NCBI RefSeq assembly: GCF_001447785.1
Contig: NW_015175359.1
Coordinates: 53,062 to 116,740, forward strand
Direction of reading: 5' to 3'
Source of the DNA: Gekko japonicus
Taxonomy: Eukaryota
Length of the DNA: 63,679 bases
In this document: in pieces, positions 12,556 to 23,270 of the stretch
How the letters are laid out: every line of letters begins with the position of its first letter
How positions within the stretch are numbered: the stretch's first letter is position 1
The notes under the pieces: generated by a model
Databases searched by the model: none
What the model was told of the DNA's origin: nothing
The model's input: only the letters and a program-made list of their open reading frames with translations
Translations under genes and position numbers: made by a program

Positions 12556-12898
12556 TTTTGTTGTTGTTGTTCAGTCGCACAGTCGAGTCCGACTCTTCGC
12601 GACCCCATGGACCAGATCACGCCAGGCCTTCCGGTCTTCCGCCGTCCTCTGAAGTTGGCTCAATTTCATGTTTGTTGCATCTATGACACTGTCTAACCAT
12701 CTCCTCCTTTGCCGTCCCCGTCTTCTTTGACCTTCAATCTTTCCCAGCATCAGGGTATTCTCCAGTGAGTGCTCCCTTCTCATTTGGTGGCCAAAGTATT
12801 TGAGCTTCAGTTTCATTACCTGGCCTTCCAGGGAACAGTCAGGGTTGATTTCTTTTAGGATTGACTGATTTGATCTTCTTGCAGTCCAAGGGACTCTC
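12556..12898 (-). mobile_element. Bov-B (RTE) LINE 3' end
   Basis: ORF RVPWTARRSNQSILKEINPDCSLEGQVMKLKLKYFGH...VHGVAKSRTRL, (CAA)n tail, TSD AAGCCAAATT. Confidence 0.9.
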
Positions 12899-13734
12899 AA
12901 GCCAAATTACACTGTCCTAAATTCACTCGCTTTAACAAGACTCTGCTCAGGATGGCGCCAAATGTCTCACTCTAAAATACTATCATACAAAAGTACAGAA
13001 GAGAACAGAGAATGGGTCAGATCCGTTGGAAGTGGAGAACTGTACACTGTCTCCTGCCTCAGACTTCAGAGACAGCAGCATAAATTTAGAGATAGAGAGC
13101 ACAGAGACACACAGAGCATCCTTTCCTTCTTGCTATCTGATACTATCCCTTTGAAGTAGAATGCTATTCTTAGGGACAAGACTTCCTTCTGGCTTAACAC
13201 CTCTCTCTCCCACACACCACAAGAAGGAGCTTGCTCTCCATCTTTGGCACCATGTATGCAGGACATTCATTCTGCATCTGCATCCATCCTAGGTAGTTAG
13301 ATTAAATTCTATCCCTGTCTCTCACCTATACGATCTAGAATGATGTTCCCTGAATAAAGGACTTTTATCAGTTTTGAAATTGACAAGTGGCTCCCTGTAA
13401 CTTTGTTTCTTTGCTAGCACACACAGTATGGAGAAGCTGCTGCTGCCTGTAAGCCTAGCACGCTCTGCCACTTAATAGAGATTCCTAGCTGTACCATACC
13501 AGTGAAACTAACAAGACCCTTTCACCATCATTAGAGAGATGATATTTGGTAAGCCACATTTGTTTTGTAAGCTGCCTCAAGCAGGTTCTCTGGAGAATTG
13601 CCACAGAAGTTTTCTAAAGAAATAAAACTGAACCTGCAACCAGCGTTATTTGGAACTTTAAATGGGTATATTAAGCTTACAGTTATATTTTAAAAATAAT
13701 GTCGAAGGATATATGACAGACACAACATGAACCA

Positions 13735-14370
13735 TTCAGGTGGGTAGCCGTGTTGGCCTGAAGCAGCAGAACAAAGCTTGAGCCCAGTGGCACCTTTAAG
13801 ACCAACAAAGTTTTATTCAAGGTATAAGCTTTCATGTGCATGCAGACTTCTTCAGATACATTGAAACGGAAGTTACCAGACCAGGGTGAGCAGCAAATTA
13901 GCATAAGCATAATAAATGGTGTTTAACAGATGCTGCGGTGGCTCAAGTGGTTAAGATGCTGAACTGCAGGCTGTGGAAGGTCGGTAGTTCAGCAGTTCGA
14001 GACCTGAGTGTGCCGCATGACGGGGTGAGCTCCCGTCTCTAGTTCCAGCTCCTGCCAACCTAGCAGTTCGAAAGCAAGAAATTGCAAGTAGATAAATAGG
14101 TACCACTTTGGTGGGAAGGTAACAGCGTTCCGTGCGTCTTGGTGTTTAGTCATGCCGGCCACATGACCACGGAAACGTCTTCGGACAGCGCTGGCTCTTC
14201 GGCTTTGAAACGGAGATGAGCACCGCAACCCTAGAGTCGGATTCGACTGGCTTTCGAGCAAGGGAACCTTTACCTTTTTAACAGATGCAAGGACCAAAGT
14301 GGAATAACAAGTTTGGTTTATATGATCACCATTGGGGGGGGGGGGGTTTAATTCCAGGGGAAAACATAGT
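13735..14370 (-). mobile_element. Penelope-like element end interrupted by a Sauria SINE
   Basis: CTGAAGAAG..GAAAGCTTATAC..AATAAAAC..GGTCTTAAAGGTGCCACTG terminus. Confidence 0.6.
13931..14279 (+). mobile_element. Sauria SINE
   Basis: tRNA head, CTCCTGCCAACCTAGCAGTTCGAAAGCA core, (ACCTTT)n tail, TSD TTTAACAGATGC. Confidence 0.85.
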
Positions 14371-14571
14371 GAAGGAACTAAATATATCAAAATCAGAGAT
14401 AGATGGGCAGATCTATCTTTGCTAGAATACAGAGAAAATATATCCCTTTCTAAAGGTAGCCTATAATTTAAACGTTTGTAGGACATCATCTCCTAGCTAC
14501 CGATACAATTTTACATCACTTTCTTTCCATGACAGTGTGCTTCTATCTATACCGTAAATGAGAGAGCTGAC

Positions 14572-14696
14572 CTGGAGGTAGATTGCTGCCTCTTGGTAGT
14601 TCATTTCCCAGTTGTCTCTCACATGTCTCCGTTGAGGGTAGCAGACCCCAGCAGCTGGACTGGGGACATCATTGATGAAGTCATAGCTGCCTCCAT
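14572..14696 (-). CDS. TPCN1: TPCN1 coding exon 2
   Basis: 125 nt, ACAG acceptor, (N)GGSYDFINDV...NWEMNYQEAAIYLQ, donor GTCAG; phase 1 to 0. Confidence 0.93.
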
Positions 14697-16845
14697 CTGT
14701 GTGAAAGGGAAAGAAACGACACATCATAGGAGCCTCCAATTCTGTGTCAGAGAAGAAGCCACTGCTGTCCTCTTGGCAATCCGTGGCTTGAGCATCCGAG
14801 CAGGCACACTATGCACGCTGATGTCTTAAAATGGCCACACCGCTCTGATGCTGAGCACTGTCTTCGCTCTCTTCGTTTCCTGAGCCGGGAAGCGAAAGAG
14901 GAAAGGAGAGTCAGGAACAGGAGACCAAGAGTGGAGTAGGCATGGTAGAAAGGAGAGTTAAAGATGTAAGGAAATGAAAGAATAGTTAAGAGAACTGAAA
15001 TGGAAGGAGGACTAGCTGCTCTCCCACGTGAGGCAGGAAAAGAACTGAAGGGTGGGTGACCCCCCCAGCAGAAACAGGAAGGGAAATTCCTGCTTCCCTG
15101 AGTGGATGGTGGGAACCGCCAAAATGTCCTTCACCCCACAGGGAGCAATAAATGTGTGGCTATACCGCAGCCACCAACTCATATCAAGGGCTTTTTGCAG
15201 ACTATGTTCGCAGCTTCCTCGTGCAGTATCGGGATAATGCTGATCCTCTTTTCAAGCACATTGTAGTGACCACCGAGATAATGCGCATGAAACAAATACT
15301 CTAAAGTGCAATCTATGCCAATAATATCTATACCGTCGAAAGAGCGGGTTTAAATGAATCGCTGATCGCAAACCAACAAAGAAAATTGTGAGAATCTAGA
15401 GAACAGGCTTTCATATCACTTCCAGTACTAAGAGTGCTTTATGAACCACATTAGCCAGTGTGGCACAGTGCTGAATTAGGACTAAGGAGATCTGGGTTCA
15501 AATGCCCACATGGCCATAAACCTCATGATGTGATCTTGGGCCTGTCACTCTTAAATGTCAATATTTGTTTCGCATGCAAAAGGGACCGGTCTCTTCCCTT
15601 TTCCTTGCGCACAAATGAAAGTCCGTTTCTATTTTTGGGAAAGCCACAGTTTTAAGGAAGCCAGAGCATTAGCAGTCTCTGACCAACATAAAGCTAAAGC
15701 CTTCCCAAGAGCACTTGTGTAGTAATGTGGGGAGGAGCTACAAGCTGGCTGATCCGTTGCACAGATGGCAGCACTGCCTTCACACCAGCGCGGCTTATCC
15801 CAAGAGTTCCATCCAAGCCAGCTGTCCTGCTTACACAAGGCCTCTGGAATGACAGTTCAGGGAAGCAAGCTTTTCCATTCACTGGGAGCACTGGAAGCTG
15901 TTCTGGCAAGCCTCTAAACAGAAACAGATTTCATATGCCTTCATAAAAAGGAGGAGGAGATAGCAAATGTTTACTAACTTATGATATTCAGCTGGCTGAC
16001 GGGCTTCGGAATTCAAGGAAACGTTATGCACACTATTCCCTCTGTTTAGACTCCGAGCCACGCAATGAAAACCCGTCCATCTGGCAGAGCCCAAGACACA
16101 ACAGAGAACAAGAATGATCAGTGGAGGAAAAACACAAATTACCAAGGCAAGGGATGGATGCAGGATGAACTCCCGTGCAAAAGCCTCTGCCCTTCTGGAG
16201 AGGCATTTATGTAGGATTTCTAACTGCCTCTTTGCATTCTACAGAGCCTTTACGTTTTATTAATAGATCAAAATCATTTATTTATTTATTTGCAAAAGAT
16301 TGAATAAAGCAAAATTAGCAGCAGGAGACTAAAGGGTTTTTTTTTACACCAGCCATATTTCCATGACAATCCCTCCAGGGACAAACAGTTAGAAAAACAA
16401 ATCTGGGGATAGGAAAGGATATACAAATGAAGTCAGCTCGCTGACGTCACTTAGTTCTAACCAGATGCCGTGATTAAAGCAGCCAAGGTAAACATGAATT
16501 TTTCAAACCTATGTAAAAACAGTTGCCAGGAAAGAAAGTTTTAATGCCTGCCTCCCGGATGCTGCCATATGGAATGTATTAGACAGCTACAATATCTCCC
16601 CACCCAGTATAAAGAGGTCAAGCTTGGGTGTGTCTCTCAAAGCGATCACGCAATGGGCTTGCAGTCCCGATCTAGGAAAAGCTTTTCTGAACAAAGAGCT
16701 AAGAAAAGCACCAGAGTGACACACAGCCCCTGCTTCCTGTTCCCATTTGAAAACTGCCATACTGGGTGGCAGGTCCCTGTCTTGCATCTCTATGGGGTGA
16801 GGCCGACATCAGTCACTGCACCAAAGAACTGCCTACATTAATCTA

Positions 16846-17145
16846 GAAGAGAAGAAAAGATTGGATTTATACCCCGCCCTTCACTACCCAAAGGAGTCTC
16901 AGAGCAGCTTACAAATTCCTTTCCCTTCCCCTCCCCACAACAGACACCCTGTGAGGTAGGTGGGGCTGAGAGAGCTCTGATAGAAACTCCTCTTTTTCAA
17001 GGACAGCTCTTATCAGAACTATGGCTTGCCCAAGGTCATCCAGCTAGGTGCAAGTGGAGGAGTGGGGAATCAAACTCGGTTCTCCCAGATTAGAGTCCGT
17101 GCTCTTCACCACCACACTAAATTGGCTCTCACACCAAACTGGCTC
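16846..17145 (-). mobile_element. Squam3-like SINE
   Basis: Full-length family match with a short duplicated 5' end. Confidence 0.8.
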
Positions 17146-19226
17146 TAGGAACTGAGGTGACGGACTGCACCAGGGACTGGGGGACCCCTTGATTCAGACC
17201 CACACACCCCCATCACTTATGATCCTACGAAGTGCTCTTAGGGCTTCCAGTAGTGATAAGTCTGCTTCTAAGAAGCCAACCCTGCATTTGTGCACACCAA
17301 GCAAGCCTGCTATGAGTTCCAAATAGGGTTGCCTGGTCCCCCCTGGCCACCGGCAGGGGGCTGTACGATTGCCATCTCCAGGTTGAGAAACTCTTCGAGA
17401 TTTGGGGGTGAAGCCTGGGGACGACAGGTTGGGGGGCACAGTGCCAGAGAATCCACCCTCCAAAGCATCGGTTTGGAGGCTAAATACAAGGGGGGAAAGT
17501 GAACAAATTACAAGAAATAGATTATAAATATTTGACACTTATTAAAGATACTAATATCCATGTACTCTATTCATACAACAGTTCCAAAGTCTAATGCATA
17601 TATGTTCAGTCCATAATCATTTCCATTCTCATCCAACATATTTAAAGGAATAAAGTGCCTGTGTTGAAAAACGTTGTGAATTCGTTGTTTTCAAAATATA
17701 GCCGCTAAGTCTTTCCAAACAGTTTGTTGTTTTCAGAGCACAGCAGATAAATCTTTCTAACAATACAATTTCAAAGTGCGTGCATGGAGACTGTAGAAAG
17801 GACACTGCTGCGTTCCACCTCTGACGGAGCCTGACGGCCTTTACACATCCGTTTCCAAAAAGCTTTTTCAAAGAGGGGATAGGACGTTGTCCATACATGC
17901 AATACTGCCACTCCAATAAGACTATCCCAAATTCTCACCAGCACAATTTACAGGAGAATAACATCCCTAGTTCCAACCACTAGACTGCAGCACTCTCTCT
18001 TCAACACACCAAATAAGGAACCATCCGCAGAATAAGAATTCAGGGTTTCTCTAGAAACTTCGGCCCTTTAAAACACACTCTAAGGATGTAGTTGCATGGG
18101 GGTGGGGTGGGGGGTAGAGATGAGATTGTCTCCTGAATGCTAATCCATGGGGAGGGCCCAGAATATTGACATCCAAGGTCCAAGCTGCATCTGACAACAA
18201 CAGACCCATCTTTAAAAGGCTATACAGACACACAGTGTATGAGAGCCACACCCATTACTTTTTTCCCCTACAGCCCCTCTCCCTGCCAGTTTCCCCCCAG
18301 CTGGGCTCACTACCAATATCCAGACAAAACTGGGAGAGAAAATACCTGGAGGGACACACCACTGGGGTAAGCGTAAGGTGGAAGGGAAGGATCAGCACAT
18401 TTAGTGCTGTTTGCCACAGTAGCAATTGCTTCTCTCCCCAACACACACATACACACCTCTGCTTTACACATAAATAGAGCAGATTCGCATCTCCATACAA
18501 GAACCTGCTTCTACCACATAATCTGGGGTTTAGGAAGAATGCTGGGCTGAAATATTGTCCCTGACACGCTATTCTATATACCTTTCTATTAGTGCAATCC
18601 TAAACAGGGTTATACCCTTCAAAGTCCATTGACTTCTTTGGGTTTAGAAGTGTGCAATTCTGCCTAGGGTTGAACTGTATGGGCAGTAAATTTATTTCCA
18701 TGGGGTAGTGTTGTCTAGTGGTTTGGGTGTCAGATTAGAGTCTGGGAGACCCAAGTTCGCTGCCCGGCTCTCCCTTTTGCATCCAGTTAACAGACCAATG
18801 ACTGGGGACTATCAGCCTTCACTCAAGGGCTGTTCATCTCCATGACTGGCTGAGCTGTTGTCTCAGACTCCACCCCCATCCTTTCAGTTCTCTGTCTGGT
18901 TCCCCACGCCTGCCTACTTGCTGTTGCACCCACCCCATGACTCAGAGAGATTTGCATTTTTTTAAAAATGGAGTTCTACTACTCACCTAGGGCTTCTCTC
19001 ACCTCTCATTCATGTTGTTTTAGTAATATTTATCAATTTAGCTGGGCTCCTAGAATTTGTTCAAAAACTGCAGGGCTTCTTCCCCACATGTCCTAATATC
19101 CTACCCTTTCAAAGTACAGCAGATCGTTGCACCCTTTAAATCATGGCAATAATGCAACTTTGAAGCCTATGCACCAGCTTCATTCCTCTTGTGCCTGCCT
19201 AGAGTCAGTTTTAGGGCAGTTCCAAG

Positions 19227-19432
19227 CAATGTTCCCTCTAAGCTGTGAAGTCTTGTGAGCAAAAATTCTACTTTGTGAGCTACTGGCATTAAAGTTGTGA
19301 GCGAGTGATTTGGCTACTGCCTAAATTAGTTTGCTCTGGAGACATCCTTCCTGAGCTAAGACAAAAATGTGTGAGCTGGAGGCTAAAGAACTGTGAGCTA
19401 GCTCACACCAACTCAGCTTAGAGGGAACACTG
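19227..19432 (-). mobile_element. hAT MITE (19-bp TIR CARTGTTCCCTCTAAGCTG)
   Basis: Exact 8-bp TSD GTTCCAAG. Confidence 0.88.
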
Positions 19433-19704
19433 GTTCCAAGGTTGTCTACAACCGTTCAGAATGGGTTGCCAATGTGGAATTGAGAATGAGTGTTTCTTTC
19501 CTCCAGGAAAGCTTATAAAACAATATTATTTCAGACGGCTTTTTGTTATTGCAGACCATGACTGTGGGCTGCTTTTTGAACAGCCGTTACTGTTCTGAGT
19601 ATGCTTGGAGCATACCGGAATATAATACCCCAAGTTGTTTAGGGAAAGGTTAGCTATCAATATTTCCAATAAATGCACTAATTATTTTAATATCCTAGCT
19701 GCAA

Positions 19705-19893
19705 CAGGTTCACTGGTAGAGCCTCTGCTTTGCATGCAGAAGGCCCCAGGTTCAATCCTTGGCATCTCCATTTAAAAGGACCAGGCAGGAGGGGATGTGA
19801 AAGATGAGACCTAGAAAGCCACTGCCAATCTGAGCAGACAATACTGACTTTGATGGACCAAAAGTCTGATTCAGTATAAGGCAGCTTCATGTG
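19705..19893 (+). mobile_element. tRNA-derived SINE with CR1-type tail (Squam2-like)
   Basis: GGTAGAGC..GGTTCAATCC A/B boxes and GATGGACC..TCTGATTCAGTATAAGGCAGCTTCATGTG tail; related copies near 4805, 44880 and 47205 on the minus strand. Confidence 0.6.
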
Positions 19894-20749
19894 AAATACA
19901 AATCTAACTGTACAGTCTCAAACTATATCCTTAGTCATCTCCCTTTAAGGAATCTTTGCACTCACAGCCCAATCCTGTGCACGTTTACATACAATTAAAT
20001 CCTGCTGTGTTCAGTGGGGCTTACTCCCAGGTTAGACTACAGTCTCGATTCTCCATGTATATTTCCTTCCCTTACCGGCAGCCTAATTTAAATTCTTGTG
20101 CAGCAGCCCACTTAATATTCCATACCCCAGTCTTTGGAAAGGCACTCCCCAATGATTCAGCACATGCATTGAGTCAATAGCTTTATTAAATGAGGTGCTA
20201 CACTTTAAGAAAAGCAACACACGCGGCCACTATGTACAACCAATGCACAGCACGATGCATCATCATAACTCCACAGAGTCCTAGTTTCAATTAATTAAAA
20301 ACATTTCACACCCAACAGTTGAACAAAATTAAGTTAATTACATGCAGACCTGTGTCATGGCCCTTCCCCATGGGACAGCATCCTATTAAGGTCACCAATC
20401 CCCTGGTTTCAGAAATGCCAATTATTTCTATCCAACTCTAGTACTAAGCATTCAAGTTCTACCATGTTTCCTCTCAAACAGCAAACATTTGTGGAGGGGG
20501 AGGCATAATCCCACGAACAGCAAAAATAATCCATTGGACATAATCCAGCAAACACAGGTTCTAACTAACAGGCAAGGCCAGGTTACTGCCCAAGAGACCC
20601 AAGTCTTTCCTTACTGAGATCTCTTCCCTTACAAGGAACTCCTCTTACATGGGAAGAGGTAGCATGTTGTGATTTGCGCCTGTGCTCATATCCTATGCAG
20701 CTTGCCCTTGGGGGCTTTACTGATATCAGGTTAATGTTCACTTAAACTA

Positions 20750-21120
20750 TTTCGCTTTCTTCATTGCCCTGTTTATCTGTTCAAACTTTTGACTTCTCTC
20801 ATCATCCATGACGTGTAACTGCTAATTCTGTTGATTTATGACAGGATTCACATCTAACCTTTCAAACTTTACTCCTCTCTTTTCCCTTTACACTGAGAAT
20901 GTACACTTGAAAGATTAATGGCAGATTAATGGCAGAATTCGCACCGAGCTGTTCCTCCTCTTCTCCCTCCCATCACAATCTTCCCTACAAGAAGAATTTC
21001 CAGTATGATTTCCCTTCACATATCTATCTGAAGAAGTGAGCTGTGACTCATAAAAGCTCATATTGAAATAAATGTTGTTAGTCTTTAAGGTGCCACTGGA
21101 CTTTTACTTCATTTCTCTGC
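20750..21120 (+). mobile_element. Penelope-like element 3' end
   Basis: TCTGAAGAAGTGAGCTGTGACTCATAAAAGCTCA..AATAAA..GTCTTTAAGGTGCCACTGGAC. Confidence 0.55.
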
Positions 21121-22787
21121 AGCCTGTCTTAGGTCTTGCAGAAGACAAAAGTGGGGGCAGGAAGAGGGCATTTGGGGCAGCTCAATAACTTGAGCTGGCC
21201 TTGTATTAGGTTGCCAGTTCCATTGAAAGGATGCCACTGTCTCTGCCACAACTAACTTTTCTCTACTTGGGCCTTTGAGCCATATCTCATCTACCTGGCT
21301 TTGTGTTATTATGGCCCTGGTCCATCTTTTCCGCAGTCTGCCCTACTTTAATTAGCAGCATAGGCAAGCAGGTAGTGATCTAGCCCTGCCCTGCTGTATG
21401 TTTACCCTTTTATTTATTTACTACATTTTTAGTCCACCCTTACTCCAAAGAACTCGGGGCTACACATACCATTCTCCTTACACTAACCCTGTGAAGTAAA
21501 TTAGGTTAAAAGAGAAAAACTGAACCACCATCACCCAGCAAGCTTCATGGCAGAGTTGGGAAACTGAATCTTTTAGGACCCAGTCCAGCACTCTAAAGTA
21601 GGGATCCTAGTCCAACACTCTTAACAAGCATGTACTGGCTGACGAACTAAAGTTCATCACAGATTTGGCCGGTTTGTGGTTCGTGAAGTGATGTTTGCAA
21701 ACTGAAGAATCGCCACAAACATCCACAAATTTTGATGCAGTTCATGGTGGTTCATGAAGAGCAGAAGGCCCCTGAAGTATAAGAGAAGCTTGGGCGAATG
21801 CACGAGTGCTTTGGACCAGTCATCACCAAAAAAAAGTCTGAAAGACACTGTTAAAAGACATGTCACAAGCTAAGAGGTCTGTTTATAGTCTTCATTTGTG
21901 TGTGTTATGTTGGGGTTACCAGATGTCCTCTTCTTAGAGGACATGTCCTCTTTTTTCATGTCCACCCTCTTTTGGGCTCTTTTTAAAAAACTGATGAAAA
22001 TTTCTTCTTTGGGGGTTGGAAGGTTAGGGATAGTTTAGTTAGCGGCAATTATTTATTTATTTATTTATATTTCATTTATATCCCGCCCTTCCCGCATGCG
22101 GGCTCACACATTTATCGCAGCTTAAATAGTAGGGGTATTTAAAATGAAATTTGTCATAGTGATCACTTGTTTGAAGTAGTTAGTTGGAAAATATGTCCTC
22201 TTTTTTGCTTTTCAAAATATGTTCAAAAACCCTATGTTATGTGCCATCAAATCGCTTCCAACTTATGGAGACCCTATGAATTAAAGACCCCCCTAAACTT
22301 TCTATCTTTAACAGCCTTGCTCTGGTCTTACAAGATGAGGGCTGTGGCTTCCTTTACTTGGCCAAGCCAACTCATGTTGGGTCTTCCTCTTTTCCTAACA
22401 TTACAGTCTTTCCAAGTGAACCTTGTCTTCCCCCTCTTGCATATACACCTTAAAGTGGTGAGGGGGGTTGCGTGTGTCAGTGAAGCTAAGAGCTATACAC
22501 TCAGGGGTTTAGACTCTAAATTCCTAGCAGAGTCACTCAAGGTAGAAGGGTCAAAGCTGAGACACTGGACTCAGGTGCATCCACCCCATTCAGGAATCAA
22601 TGGGCATATCAGAAGACAAGAATTGACAGTTCCAGTGGTGATGGGGGTGGAGAAATCCTTGAAGGGGAGCTACTGGGCAGGCAGAAGTAGTGGAGGGTAC
22701 CTTGGGGCAGAATCTTTCATAGACTGTGGCAGTGACACTTCAGCTAACCCTAGTTAGTACTACACAGAAGAAGGCAATGGTAAATCA

Positions 22788-22971
22788 ATATGCTGTCAAA
22801 GGCTTTCATGGACGGAGTTCACTAGTTGCTGTAGATTTTCCAGGCTGCATGGCCATGGTCTCAGAGATTACTCCATCTTTCCGTGTTATACCTCTGAGGA
22901 TGCCAGTCACAGCTGCTGGCGAAACGCCAGGTACTATACTGCCAAGACAGCCCGGAAAATCTACCACAACT
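22788..22971 (+). mobile_element. Penelope-like element with inverted ends and hammerhead-like motif (duplicated at about 25146-25329)
   Basis: GTC(A/G)AAGGCTTTCATGG start, 25-bp IR at 22823-22847 / 22948-22972, TSD AATGGTAAATCA. Confidence 0.75.
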
Positions 22972-23067
22972 AATGGTAAATCACTTCTGATCTGCTCATT
23001 CCTCAAAGACCCTGTGATGAGACTGCACTCATACTAACAGGTAAAAAACAAGACCACCTGGTCCAAA

Positions 23068-23270
23068 GCCCTGACCTGGATAGCCCAGGCAAACCCGATC
23101 TCACCGGATGACGAAACCTAAGCAGGGCCAACCCTGGCAGGTACTTGGATGGGAGACTTCCAAGGAATACCAGGGCTGGGACACAGAGACAGGCAATAGC
23201 AAGCCACCTCTCTGATATGTCCAAGCCCCACTAGGGGTCACCAGAAGTCAGCCAGGCACACACAAACACA
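23068..23270 (+). mobile_element. 5S rRNA-derived SINE (second copy 25426-25628)
   Basis: CCCGATCTC..CTAAGCAGGG..GTACTTGGATGGGAGAC..GGAATACC. Confidence 0.7.

Noticed and set aside
19705-19770. tRNA-like sequences in SINE heads
   Set aside because: A/B boxes present but no full cloverleaf; they continue into SINE bodies
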